A stretch of DNA of 64,000 nucleotides, taken from Heterodontus francisci. Its lineage: Eukaryota. The position numbers and the translations under genes are program-made. This document shows positions 1-12,369 of the stretch, piece after piece; the first letter of the stretch is position 1, and every line of letters starts with the position of its first letter. The stretch covers positions 2,976,001-3,040,000 of the forward strand of contig NC_090396.1 of NCBI RefSeq assembly GCF_036365525.1. Reading direction: 5' to 3'. Under the pieces are notes generated by a model, which did not search any database, was not told where the DNA came from, and saw only the letters and a program-made list of their open reading frames with translations.

Positions 1-390
1 TCTTTCCATAATCTGTTTACATATTTGTACCTCTATCTCACGCTCGCTGTTGGGAGGCCTGTAGTACAGTCCCAACATTGTTACCGCACCCTTCCTATTT
101 CTGAGTTCTGCCCATATTGCCTCACAGCTCGAGTCCTCCATAGTGCCTTCCTTCAGCACAGCTGTGATATCCTCTTTGACCAGTAATGCAGCTCCTCCAC
201 CCCTTTTACCTCCCTCTCTATCCCGCCTGAAGCATCGATATCCGAGGGTATTTAGTTGCCAATCATGCCCTTCCCTTAACCAAGTCTCAGTAATAGCAAT
301 AACATCATACTCCCAGGTATTAATCCAAGCCCTAATTTCATCTGCCTTACCTACCACACTTCTTGCATTAAAACAAATGCACCTCAGACC
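1..390 (-). CDS. CR1 ORF2 N-terminus (APE endonuclease), partial, open to window edge
   Basis: Manual translation GLRCICFNARSVVGK..DVIAITETWL..FRRDREGGKRGGGAALLVK..GLYYRPPNS with no stop. Confidence 0.88.
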
Positions 391-536
391 ACCAGTCCCT
401 TTTCTATCATCATCTGCTCCCTGCCTACTCTTTCCCTTAGTCACGCTGACTTCATTATCTAGTTCCTTACAGGCTTTAGTTACTACCTCCTTACTGTTCA
501 CTGACCTCCTGATTTGGTTCCCAACCCCCTGCCACA

Positions 537-1481
537 TTAGTTTAAACCCTCCCCAACAGCGTTAACAGAAGCACCCCCAAGGACATTGGTTCCAGTCCGG
601 CCCAGGTGTAGACCGTCCAATTTGTAATAGTCCCACCTCCCCCAGAACCGGTCCCAATGTCCCGAAAATCTGAACCCCTCCCTCCAGCACCATCTCTCAA
701 GCCACGCATTCATCCTGATTCTTCCATTTCTACTCTGACTATCACGTGGCACTGGTTGCAATCCTGAGATTACTACCTCTGAGGTCCTACTTTTTAACTT
801 GGCTCCTAACTCCCTAAATTCTGCTTGTTGGACCTCATCCCGTTTTTTACCTATATCATTTGTGCCTATGTGCACAACAACAACTGGCTGTTTACCCTCC
901 CCCTTCAGAATGTCCTGCAGCCTATCTGAGACATCCCTGACCCGTGCACCTGGGAGGCAACATACCATTCGGGAGTCTCGTTTTCGACCACAGAACGGCC
1001 TATCTACTCCCCTAACAATCGAATCCCCTATGACTACAGCCCTTCCACTCTTTTAGCCGCCCTTCCGAACAGCAGAGCCGGCCACGGTGCCATGAACCTG
1101 GCTACTGCTGCCTTCCCCTGGTGAGCAATGTCCCTCAACAGTATCCAAAACGGTATACCTGTTGTGGAGGGAGATGATCGCTGGGGACACCTGCGCTGCC
1201 TTCCTGCTATTTCTCTGCCTTTTGTTCACACATTCCCTTTCTCCCTCAGCAATCCTAATCTGCGGTGTGACCAATTCACTAAACGTGCTATCCACGACCT
1301 CCTCAGCATCGCGAATGCTCCAAAGTGAGTCCATCCGCAGCTCCAGAGCCGTCATGCGGTCTAACAAGAGCTGCAGCTGGACACAATTCCTGCACGTGAA
1401 GGAGTCAGGGACATCAGCCGTGTCCCTGATTTCCCACATGGTGCAAGAGGAGCATAACACTGGTCTGAGATCTTCTGCCAT
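537..1481 (-). pseudogene. CR1 ORF1 (zinc finger/leucine zipper + SGNH esterase), one premature stop at 1055-1053
   Basis: MAEDLRPVLCSSC..CRNC..LQLLLDRMTALELRM, then in frame after the stop VVIGDSIVRG, HIGTNDIG, LDGLHL. ORF-track ORFs 1053..1550 and 537..968 share a frame. Confidence 0.9.
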
Positions 1482-1675
1482 TTTTAATCTTAAGCTTAAC
1501 TTAGTCTGAAACTTAGAAAAAATGAAAAAGGAACGAAAAGTTTTTACCAATCACACGGTAAAAAAAAAGTAGAAAAAGCCTGACCTTCTCTACACACCAC
1601 CGAGTCCTTTTTTTTGGTGAGAGGAGGAGGGTGGGGGGAAACACTACCCGTGTAGTTTCTAGGGTTCAGAAAAGG

Positions 1676-1927
1676 CCCAAATATAGAGGCTTTTACCTAC
1701 CCAGCAGCCCCTTGGTCCGCCGAAAACAAAAGGGAATGAAGTTTAAGCTGAAACTGACCTTCGCAGTTTGCTCACTCGCTCACACTCTCTGCTCCCGCAT
1801 AAGCTGCTGCAATGAAAGGTAAGTTATTTTAAACAGCCCAAATATATAGGGTTTTACTTACCCAGCAGCCCGTTGGTCCGCCGAAAACAAAAGGGAATTA
1901 AGTTTAAGCTGAAACTGGCCTACCCAG
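1676..1927. repeat. ~85-bp direct repeat (period ~160 bp) in the CR1 5' UTR
   Basis: gcccaaatat..cccagcagccc(c/g)ttggtccgccgaaaacaaaagggaat(g/t)aagtttaagctgaaactg occurs at ~1676 and ~1837. Confidence 0.8.
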
Positions 1928-3306
1928 CTGCTCACGCCAATGGAAAAGGAAGCCATGGAGCTTTCCAGCTTTGCAGACTGGGAGAGAGGGAACCTTCCCA
2001 AGTGGGTAAGTAAATTTTCAATGATGCGCGATCGGTCAGGCTGCTCATGAGGCATGCGATGTACTCACAGGTCTGCATCATTGAGGCGCTTGCTATAGAG
2101 TGAGAGCATGCCCCTGACTCTTAGATGTTTTGTTCCACCATGCAGGTTAAGCTGAGACCCAACAGAGAGCTCTGGAATTCACAACATTTCCTGCCAACCC
2201 CGAGGGGGGAGGATTGAGCCTTAGCAGGTCCAGCACCACCTCATACTTCACCACCCTCCACCAGCGCAGATGCATACACGTCAGTGGGTTTAACACACAT
2301 GGTAGATGTGCGCAGAGAAGCTGGAGGTCGCAGCACATACGGGATTGTGCAGCTGATGGAGTCTGTGGCAGCCCAGGGCTCTCACAGTCGGAGAATGTCG
2401 TGGGGAGGCGGGTGTTGGGGGGGGTGGGGTTGGAATGTGGGCTGTGGGCAGGTGCATGCTTAGCCACGGGCTCACGATATGCCTCTCGTATTGGCATCTA
2501 CAAGAAAATATCTGGAGCTGCAGCGAGAGGTATTGTCACATTTGACAGGAATGGCAGAGGTTATGCACAACCAAGTTTCAATTATAGATGAGTCCACCAT
2601 GTCGCTACAGGATGTCAGAAAGGAAATCATCTTTTGCCTATTATAACTTCACTTTCCGGCATCTGAGGGTGTACGAGTAGCCTCCTCCATTGACAGATTG
2701 GCAGCTAGGATGGACAGTCACACCCAGCAGATGCAAATAAATGTTTGTTGGACGAGATGCCTTCCTCCATTTCTCCTGTGTCATGGACTTGGACCTTCGC
2801 AAGCCAAAAAAGAATGTGATAGCTGATTCTTGACAAGGAACGAAGGAAACTATAGAAGCATATTCCGAGAGCCGCATTGTCCATGAGAATTGCAGTCGAC
2901 AGAGTGTCTGAATGCTGTAATAGCGTGGCTCTACAGCCTTAGTGTCACGTCCTCTGTGTATATGTGTTTATGTGTGTGTGTGGGGGGGGGTGGCGGTGGG
3001 GGGGGTGGGGTGTGACGGGTGGTGGGGGTCCTTGTTCATTTTCAGTTTACAAAGTGCAGTATGAGCTCCATCATGATGCCTTTTGACAGAATTCTTCTCC
3101 CTTCGTCCAGATGACCTCTGTCTCCATGTTGTTCCCACCTGACGATCCCCACTTCCTGGCCCACACCAGTTACATTTTACTTATACACTGAAATGCAAGA
3201 CATATTAAAAATGTCTGAAAGCAAAACAGGAAAACAAGTGATATGCAAATGCTTTACACTAACCACTCTCTCATTATATCCTGCCACCTTTAATAATCGG
3301 TTCAAA

Positions 3307-6300
3307 ATTTTTTTTATTTCCAAAATATACTTTATTCATAAACATCTGTGAAAATTACATTGCCAAACAGTTTCCAAACAGCACCAAAAAATACAAACAT
3401 TGCAAGGGATATCAGTTTCCTTCAATACTCTCATGAGTTTCTTCCCAACCCTTCCGTTTCACAATTGTCATGTCAATTACAGTTTTACATTTACAGCAAT
3501 TCAGAATATTAACGATACAGTTCGAGGGGTTTCCCATGGATCCAGCCCCTCAGTCCAGCTTGGTGGGGGAACCTTACACTGTGCTCTTTCCCCATTGAGC
3601 CTTTGCTGCGGCTGCCCCAAGCTTTAGTTCGTCCCTCAGCACGTAGTCCTGGACCTTGGAATGTGCCAGTCTGCAACATTCGGTGGTGGACAACTCTTTG
3701 CGCTGGAAGACCAGCAAGTTTCGGGCAGACCAAAGGGCGTCTTTCACCGAATTGATAGTCCTCCAGCAGCAGTTGATGTTTGTCTCGGTGTGCGTCCCTG
3801 GGAACAGCCCGTAGAGCACAGACTCCTGTGTTACAGAGCTGCTTGGGATGAACCTTGACAAAAACCACTGCATCTCTTTCCACACCTGCTTTGCAAAGGC
3901 ACATTCCAGGAGGAGGTGGGCGACCGTCTCTTCCCCACCACAGCCAACGCGGGGGCACTGTGCGGAGGGGGCGAGACTTCGGGTGTGCATGAAGGGGAGG
4001 GCCCTTCTCACCACCAGCCAAGCTACGTCTTGGTGCTTGTTTGAAAGTTCTGGTGATGAGGCATTCCGCCAAATGACTTTGACGGTCTGCTTGGGGAACC
4101 ATCCGACAGGATCCACCGTTTCCTTTTCCCGTAGGGCCTTGAGGACATTCCGTGCAGACCACTGCCTGATGGACCGGTGGTCAAAGGTGTTTTCCCGCAG
4201 AAACTGCTCCACGAAGGATAGGTGGTACGGCGCCGCCCAACTGCATGGAGCGTTCCGCGGCAATGTGACCAGGCCCATCCTTCACAACACCGGGGACAGA
4301 TAGAACCTCAGCACGTAGTGACACTTGGAGTTTGCGTACTGGGGATCTACACACAGCTTGATGCAGCTGCACACGAAGGTGGTCATCAGGATGAGGGCCA
4401 CGTTGGGTACATTTTTCCCGCCCATGTCCAGAGATTTGAACATCGTGTCCCTCCGGACCCGGTCCATTTTAGATCCCCAGACGAAGCGGAAAATGGCTCG
4501 GGTGACTGCCACGGCGCAGGAGTGGGGTATGGGCCAGACTGCGCCACGTAGAGCAACAACGTGAGCGCCTCGCACCTGATGACCAGGTTCTTACCCACAA
4601 TGGAGAGAGATCGCTGCCCCCACATGCCCAACTTTTGTCGTACCTTGGCTACTCGCTCCTCCCATGTTTTGGTGCACGCCCCGGCCCTTCCGAACCATAT
4701 CCCCAGCACCTTCAGGTAATCTGACCTGACGGTGAAGGGGACAAAGGATCGGTCAGCCCAGTTCCCAAAGAACATGGCCTCGCTCTTGCCGTGGTTAACT
4801 TTGGCTCCCGAGGCCAGTTCGAACTGGTCGCAGATGCTCATCAGTCTGCGCACGGACAGCGCATCCGAGCAGAAGACGGCGACGTCATCCATGTACAGGG
4901 AGGTTTTGACCTGAGTGCCTCCGCTGCCTGGGATTGTCACCCCTCTTATGCTCGCATCCTTCCTAATAGACTCAGCAAAGGGTTCAATACAGCAAACAAA
5001 CAAGACCGGGGACAGAGGACAGCCCTGTCTGACTCCAGATTTGATCGGGAAACTTTCAGATTCCCACCCGTTGATTGACACTGCGCGACTGATGTTTGTG
5101 TAGAGCAGTTGGATCCAATTGCAGATTCCCTCCCCAAACCCCATTTTGGAAAGCACGTCCATCATGTAGGTGTGCGATATCCTGTCAAAAGCCTTCTCCT
5201 GGTCCAGGCTGATGAGGCAGGTGTCCACCCTCCTGTCCCGTACGTAGGCGATCGTATCCCTGAGTAGCGCGAGACTATCAGAGATCTTCCTGCCGGGTAC
5301 AGTACAGGTCTGATCGGGGTGAATCACCAACTCCAGAGCAGACTTGACTCGACTGGCTATGACTTTGGACAGAATCTTGTAATCAACATTAAGCAGTGAG
5401 ATGGGCCGCCAATTTCTGATTTCTGCCCTCTCCCCCTTCTGCTTGTAAATGAGGGTGATGATGCCTTTTCTCATGGATTCTGACATGCTGCCGGCCAGGA
5501 GCATACTCTCGTATACTTCCAGCAGGTCCGGGCCGACCCAGTCCCACAGGGCCGAGTACAACTCGACCGGTAAGCCGTCGCTCCCGGGGGTTTTACTCGT
5601 CTCGAAAGACTCGACGGCCTTTGTCAGCTCGTCCAGAATTAGCGGCTTGTCCAGTCTCTCCCTCCTGCTGTCATCTAGGACCTCTGTGATAGATGACAGG
5701 AAGGACTGGGAGGCTCTGCTGTCTGTGGGCTTCGCGTCATACAGCCCAGCATAAAAGGATTTGCTGATCCTTAGTATGTCGGACTGCGAAGACGTTACCG
5801 AGCCATCTTCTTCCTTCAGGCTGCTGATAACAGAGCTCTCTCTGTGTACCTTTTGGAAGAAGTAACGCGAGCACGTCTCATCCTGCTCGATGGAGCAGAC
5901 TCTGGACCGGAAGATGATCTTGGAGGCCTCCTTGGCAAAGAGCGAGGCCTGCTGGCTCTTCACCTCTTGGAGGTCCTCCTTGACCTCGACCCCCATTGAC
6001 TGCAACCGGAGTAGATTTTGCATACTTTTCTGGAGTCGGGACAGTTCCCTCTGTCTCTCTCTCGCCTTCTGAACACCTTTGTGGATGAAGAACCTCTTGA
6101 TGTTCTCCTTTATCGCTTCCCACCAGTGAACTGGAGACTCAAAGAGTGGTTTCACGGTCCTCCAACCATTGTAATCCCTTTTGAGTTCCTCAACGTTCTC
6201 TGGGGTCAGCAGTGTCGCATTGAGCTTCCACGTCCCTCTGCCAACCCGCTGGTCGTCCTGTAAGTGACAGTCGGCCAGTAAGAGGCAGTGGTCGGAGAAG

Positions 6301-6400
6301 AACACCGGCTTGACGTCGGTGGATCCGACCGTGACAGCACGGGACACAAACAGGAAGTCAATCCTGGAACGGGCAGACCCGTCCGATCTTGACCATGTGT
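3307..6400 (-). mobile_element. Tx1-like (L1 clade) non-LTR retrotransposon, 5'-truncated, inserted in a decayed CR1
   Basis: A-rich 3' end with AATAAA (tttatt on + near 3331), 11-bp TSD atcggttcaaa at 3296-3306 and 6401-6411. Flanks rejoin into a CR1 ORF2 fragment. Confidence 0.92.
3574..6400 (-). pseudogene. Tx1 ORF2 (endonuclease C-terminus, RT, C-terminal CCHC zinc finger); frameshift near 4540 and stop at 4284-4282
   Basis: YTW..SRIDFLF..SDHC, KTPGSDGLP, WRPISLLNVDYKI, LDQEKAFD, GVRQGCPLSP, YMDDV, CPRVGCGGEETVAHLLLEC across ORFs 4386..6524, 4282..4575 and 3574..4278. Confidence 0.92.
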
Positions 6401-6639
6401 ATCGGTTCAAATGCACCTCCACATCCCGCTGTTCCTGTACAATCTTCAGAAAGGCTCCAAGACTGTTTCCCCGAGCCTTTCTGCCGAAATACACCACCTC
6501 ACACTTCCCTGCATGAAATTCCATCTATCAGATGTAATCACTGTTGTGATTGCAACCTGCTTTGTTTATTGCGAACTTTCAAGTTTCTTGTTACGGGGAG
6601 AAATCTGTTGTGTTGGACATGTAAAACAAATATGAAGTG

Positions 6640-9240
6640 GATTTTCATGATTTATTCATTAATAGTAGGCATATGCATTGCCACAATTATTTTGTGTGGA
6701 CTTCAATTTGTAAAGAGGTACAGAAACTCCACGACAGGTGTTGCTTACAATGGTGAGAATCTGTTATCGTTCTTTGTCAGCCCTGATATTGAACGAGCAC
6801 TATCAAACCAAAAAAGACTGCATTTTGAATTCGGCATAGTGAAGCTGATTCCTACAGTTAAACTTCACTGTATGAGGTGAATAAATGTTTTTTTTTACTG
6901 AGTATTTAATGATTAAATTGCGTGGATTGAATTATTTATGTCAGCAAATCCAAACAAATAATATATGTTGAATGTATTCTGTCGTATTAAATGTTGGAAT
7001 GAATACTGTCTGAACCTGTGCTGTGCATCTGACTGGGACAAATAACAAGAGAATACAATTAGTTCCTCTGGAAACTGACATTAAGTGCAGTCATTGAACA
7101 ATTGAAATTAACTCGTTTCACCCCAGCACCTTATATATTTAATTGAAAATAATTTGTCTATAACTTATGCCACTGAAGTGAACTCCCAAAGGGTGGAATA
7201 TTATTTCACCAAGGTTTTGGATGGACAATAAGTGACCCACCCTCTGATAATACTGGTGGGTAGTGAGACCAGCTTATCAGTTTGTATCGCTTCTGTGGCA
7301 AATTTCAACGACTGTCTACAGAATAGTCATGGATGAAGTTATATTCAGACATTGTCCCTGAACCGTGCCGGAGGTCAATTATGCATAAAGAAAATAATAC
7401 ATAATTTTTAAAAAAACATGAAGTTAGTGGCAGGGAGAGGACATGCGGTCTGTCGAGCATGCACTGCCATTCAATTAGATCATAGTTGATGTGATCTTGT
7501 CCTGAACTCCCCTTTATTCCTTCTTCCCAAAGCCAATAGTTCAAAAATCAGTCTATATCAGTCTTGAATGAGTCAGCCTCCACAGCCCTGGCGGGTGGAA
7601 AATTCTGAAGATTAATGACGCCTGAGAGAGAACATTTCTACTCATCTCCATTTGAAATGGGCGTCCCCATATTCTGGAGCTCTGCCCTCTACACAGCAGC
7701 CACCACGATGGGAAAAATACGCTCAGCAGCAACCCTTTCAAGCCCCCTCAGAAACTTCTATATTTCAATACTAACTCTTATCAACGCCAATGTGTATAGG
7801 ACCGAGGTGCCTAAAATTTACACTTACAGAAAATTCTCTTGTATAGTTTGGTCTAATGTTTAATTTGTTTCCAGCAAAATTGGACAGTTCAGACGCTTCG
7901 GTTGGGGAGAGATGTCTCGTCCTGATTGCCCCACGTGAGTGCAGCTATTTCAATTAAACATTTTTTGAAATAAACGTGAGCAAGCATAAGATCTGTTGTT
8001 ACTGTGAACATCAGTGTGCCAGTAACAGTCTGATGCAACTGAAGAATCTCAACGCAGTTTATAACTGAAGCAACAAAAGGCACCACTTCTCACAGAAAAT
8101 GCATTTTGATAATTATTGCAAATCACACTGACTTCATATCTGCAGTCATCACAAATCAAGATCTATCTTTGAGTTTACTTGTGCATCCTTATATAACGTA
8201 CGTATGTACTGGTTCTGCAACTCCCCTTCCAGATCTATTGAAACGCTCATTTTCAGTGTTTCTACCCATCCAAACACGCACAGACATCGCTTGAATTGTA
8301 ACTACTCTTCCAGACTGTTCACCATCCAGACACCTCACTGACCTCACATGTACTGTAAATAAACATTTGTGTATGTTACTAACCTCACCGAAAATTCACC
8401 TACCTTTCCAGATACATTTATAACACCACTTGAACCGTAGCTACCCATTCAGAAACATCACAAACCTCACGTGAAATGTAACTGCACATTCAGATATATC
8501 ACTGACGTCACTCACTGTAAGCATCCTTCAGCAAATGTCACTGATATCAGTTTCACTGCAACCACCTGTCCAGCTTATTTATTCACCTTGTATTGTATCT
8601 AAACATTCAGATATATCACTGACCTCACTTGTAATGTAACTATTGTTCCAGATGTATCACTGACCTTGCTTGTACGGTAACGACATATCTATGTGCAAAC
8701 ATTGACGCTACCTGTATTGTAACTGCACAATCACAAATATCACTGATGTCACTTCGACTGTAAACGCCTAACCTGATGCACCACCAGACTCAGTTGTACT
8801 ATAATTACCCATCTGGATGTATTAATGCCCTCACTTGTACTGTCACAAACTTGCCAAATATATTACTGGTCTAACTGTTACTTTAACTCATAAACAAGAT
8901 GTATCAGTGAGATCAATGGTGCAGTAATTACTCAATTAGATATAGCAATTGTCCTGCAACTACCCCTCCCGATACATTACTGAACTCACTTGCACTGTAA
9001 CTACCTGCTGTATTATATGATGGAGCACAACTATGCTGTAGTTACTCATCCAGATGCTTCAATGAATTGTTGTATAATTATGCATGCAGACACGGCTCTA
9101 AACAAATCGGTACTGCCATTACACATCAAGATATATCTCTGGCCTCACTAGTACTGTAACAACACGTCCAGATATATCACTGAACTCACTTGTTCTGTAA
9201 CCACCCAACCAGACGTACCACAGCCCTCAGATTCCATTTA
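6640..9240. repeat. Old segmental duplication, copy A (paralogous to ~26150-29200)
   Basis: Colinear similarity, e.g. 6846 tgattcctacagttaaacttcactgtatgag vs 26343 tgattcccacagttaagcttcactgtgtgag; 8087 ttctcacagaaaatgcattttgataat vs 27552 ttctcacagaaaatgtattttgataat. Confidence 0.85.
8130..9230. repeat. Degenerate ~41-bp tandem repeat (ccagatatatcactgacctcacttgtactgtaactacccat)
   Basis: Recurrent cagatatatcactgacctcacttgta..gtaac motif at ~41-bp spacing. Confidence 0.8.
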
Positions 9241-11760
9241 ACTCTTCTGCGGCACTTTGACTAGGTGAGCCATCACCCCCATTGTTTCTATGCCTGTTTA
9301 GGAGAATTCTTTGTCCGTGCAGGTTTCTGTAAATGTTGTTAGCAGCCGTGGTAGGGTTCTTCTTTTGCCTGCATTCGTTTAGGTGGGTGTGGCGTCTAAT
9401 TTTCCCAACATTTCGGGGTTGGCTGATCGGGGATTTATTTGGGAATCCTCCCGGCCCTCCTTTCGTCTGTCCTCATGATCCTTTTCGTCCTCTTCCTTCT
9501 TAACTCTCTGACAGACCAACGTTTGCCGCCCCCTTTTTGTTCTGGTCCGGGGTCCCTCCCAATTCACCAGCCATCTTCTGGATGGTTCTCCAAAAGCCAG
9601 TACAGGAATTAGGGGTGCAAATTTCAATGCAGGATGGAGTTTCCCGTCAACCTGGCCCATGTGGCAACTCCTACAGAACTCCAGCACATCTTGGTGAGTT
9701 CTGGCCAGTCAAACTGCTGTTTTATGCGGGCTTTAGTTTTTCATACACCTACATGTGCAATCATTATAAACTCACAGGCCACTCTTAATATTGCTAAACG
9801 ATACCTCGTCAGCAGCAATAACTGCTGAACCACTAGCCACTCTTTGTCCTCAGGTCTGTAAGGGGAGCTCCACTTCCTCATCAACCCCTCATTCTTTAGA
9901 TAGAAGGAATCAGGGACTCCCTCTGCTTCAATTTCTGATTGGGCAGCCTGTTCTAACTTTCTTAACACTGGGTCGGCCTGCTGAGCCACAACTAGGGAAT
10001 ATTCATTTAACTCATTCCTTGGGTCCTCTCACTTCCTAAAGAACGTTTCAGACAACCAGACAGCATGGTCATCTATTTGCAGTACCAGTTCAGTCTCCTC
10101 TGAGGGAAATCGTCTTGCCATGGCCCGAGGCAGTACACAATCAGGAAATATGCAGGGGACCATCTCCTGCCACTACCCTGTCTCTTTGACCTACTTTGGT
10201 CCCTCTATCACTAATGGGAAATCTACCACCTTCACACTTACCATATCATTACCTAGAAGCAGGTCAACCCCGTCCACAGGCAAACTAAGGACAAGCCCGA
10301 CGGTCACTGGTCCCGAAATTAGGTCACATTCCAAATGCGCCCGATGAAACGTGTCACGGTCTTGTGTTGTTTTTTTCGTCCTTGGCTTCAAAAATGGTAT
10401 TGTGCCTTTAAGATTGTAAAAAAGAGCGGTGCACCTTTAAGGCAGAGAAGGATCCGGAGACTCAGTCTTCCAGTTGCATTCTGGTTGCCAAGCAACGCAG
10501 CAGCAGAGTGAGGTCATTTGATTCAGTGTTTCAGTTTGACTTTAAAATCTAACTAGCAGAGACTGGTTTCAAGCAGACAGTTCTGAGAGACTGTGCCAGT
10601 GAGGCGATTTGAACTGACGGGAGGAGGTTGTTTCATTTCTCTCTCTAAAAGAATTCTACAAAGCTTCGAGCCAAATTAATTCCATCAGAAAATAAGAAAA
10701 GCTTCTCTTTCCCAACAATTTATTGCCATTTGCTGTGTTCATCGCTGGAAAAACAGTTTAATGCTATAACAGCAGAACTGCTGCATTCCCATTTTTGAAG
10801 GATATTTTTCCCATCAGAGGCCTGTGAAGATTGCAAGTGACCGTTTACTGTTTCTACATTGGAAGATTGCATTTACCAAGAACGTAACCTGAAAATATTC
10901 TCTCTCTTACCGAACCATTTTTAATTTTTGAGTGCATGCATGTGAATCTGGAAGTTAGATTTCAAATAAAAAGCTATAAGGTCTTTAGTTGTTTTTTTAA
11001 ATGAATAGTTTATTTGTTGTTGTCTCGCGATACCTGGTTTGCTCAACTTCATTCTGGGGATACTGGAGTGCTTGATTTGGTTGTTTGTTTCCCGATTTGG
11101 TGAAAGCTTAAATAATAATCTGCTGCGACCTATGGAGCAACGGGACTGAATTAACTGTGTGTTACTTCCACCGCGGTTGTAGCAAAAGGTAGGGGCGTAC
11201 ACTGCCCTCCGATCCCATTCACCACCATTCTTGTACTTTAAGGGCCCACAACTACTGAGAAAAAGTCAACTGCTTACTTCTCTCAAACAGCAGGTAAGTA
11301 TGATCAGTTTGTTTCTTGGGGGTTCAGAGTTTCTAGCAGTAGGTTTCCAGTACTAGCTCATATGCCCCGAGACTAACAATTTCAATCAATTCATAATTTG
11401 ATGCCAGCGTTGTAGCAGGAGGAACTAGCTCTTGGCCGGCCATTTTAACTGTCTTGCAAGCTTTTCAAAAGTTACAAAATGCTTCCACGTCTCCCTCATT
11501 GAACTTTGGGATCAACTGGAAGAATTTTAAGGGCGTCACACATGGCCCTGTGTTAAGAATAACCTCCATATTCGCCATGCTTTCACTGGAGTTACCCTGC
11601 CACCCCCTGGCTAACTCAAGCCGCCGTAATACGCTTTCCTCCTGTTCATTCTGGAAAGTTCTCTCTTTTTTCCTTTTCCTGTCACTCTTTACTCTCTCTT
11701 GACTATCTCTTTTTCTTTCTACGGTCTCTCTCTTTTTCTCTTCTCCCTAATGCGGAAGCA
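9240..11760 (-). mobile_element. Decayed Gypsy LTR retrotransposon internal region, Gmr1-like order (gag, protease, integrase)
   Basis: Gag-like PKFNEGDVEAF..KLARQLKWP (~11430-11510); protease-region HRAHLECDLISGPVTVG..GVDLLLGND; integrase zinc-binding FYLKNEGLMRKW..AHVGV..FCRSCHMGQ..APLIPVLAFGEP follows within a few hundred bp. Many stops. Confidence 0.75.
10352..11184 (+). mobile_element. Solo LTR (TG...CA) inserted in the Gypsy protease region
   Basis: Begins tgtcacgg, ends ggttgtagca, flanked by aacg/aaag (4-bp TSD, one mismatch). Removing it restores GIGGQCTPLPFHRAHLECD in frame on the minus strand. Orientation inferred. Confidence 0.75.
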
Positions 11761-11977
11761 TTTAACACATAGAGAGCTTTTATTTATGAATGACTGTTTG
11801 TTTTATTTGATGCTGTTGTTTATTTATACATTACCTAGTAGAGAAATAGGCATTTAACACAAATTGTATTGAAATAATTTTATTAAGCATCTCAATTTTA
11901 CAGAAAGTAAACTCCTGAAAATTTGGAAACTTTCAAATTCACAGGAACACAGAATCTCCCATTAGCAATGGCTCAGC

Positions 11978-12190
11978 ATTACCATCTGCTGGTGTCCCTG
12001 TCTCACTGCAGTTAATGTCACTCTCACCATCCCCATCTGCTGGTGTCCCTGTCTCACTGCAGTTACTGTTCCCCTCTCACCATCTCCATCTGCTGGTGTC
12101 CCTGCCTCACTGCAGTTACTGTTCCCCTCTCACCATCTCCATCTGTTGGTGCCCCTGTCTCACTGCAGTTACTGCCCCCTCTCACCATGT
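11978..12190. repeat. ~52-bp tandem repeat, ~4 copies
   Basis: ccatctgctggtgtccctgtctcactgcagttactgttcccctctcaccatct repeated. Confidence 0.85.
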
Positions 12191-12369
12191 CCATCGAGGA
12201 GCTGCGTTACTTTCAGGAACGGTATTGGATGGGAGGAGGGGGCTGTAATATTTTGAGCGACTGAATTAGTTTCAGGTGCTGTGCTAGTTTGAGGGACTTT
12301 TTTGATTTGAGGGCCTGTTTTAGATTGAGGGCATGTATTAGTTTGAAGGTGAGTGTTTGTTGGAGGGAC

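Larger units (their letters stand above)
1..1930 (-). mobile_element. 5' part of a CR1-clade LINE (5' UTR, ORF1, start of ORF2); continues beyond window start
   Basis: ORF1 with CxxC...CxxC zinc finger, leucine zipper and GDS/GxND/DxxH SGNH esterase, followed by APE endonuclease motifs. Confidence 0.92.

Noticed and set aside
1950-3200. Possible decayed DNA transposon or exon fragments
   Set aside because: No recognisable motifs or termini that I can support by eye.
6389-6880. 163-aa ORF with a hydrophobic, membrane-like stretch
   Set aside because: Begins in transposon sequence, and the paralogous block at ~26150 does not preserve the protein.
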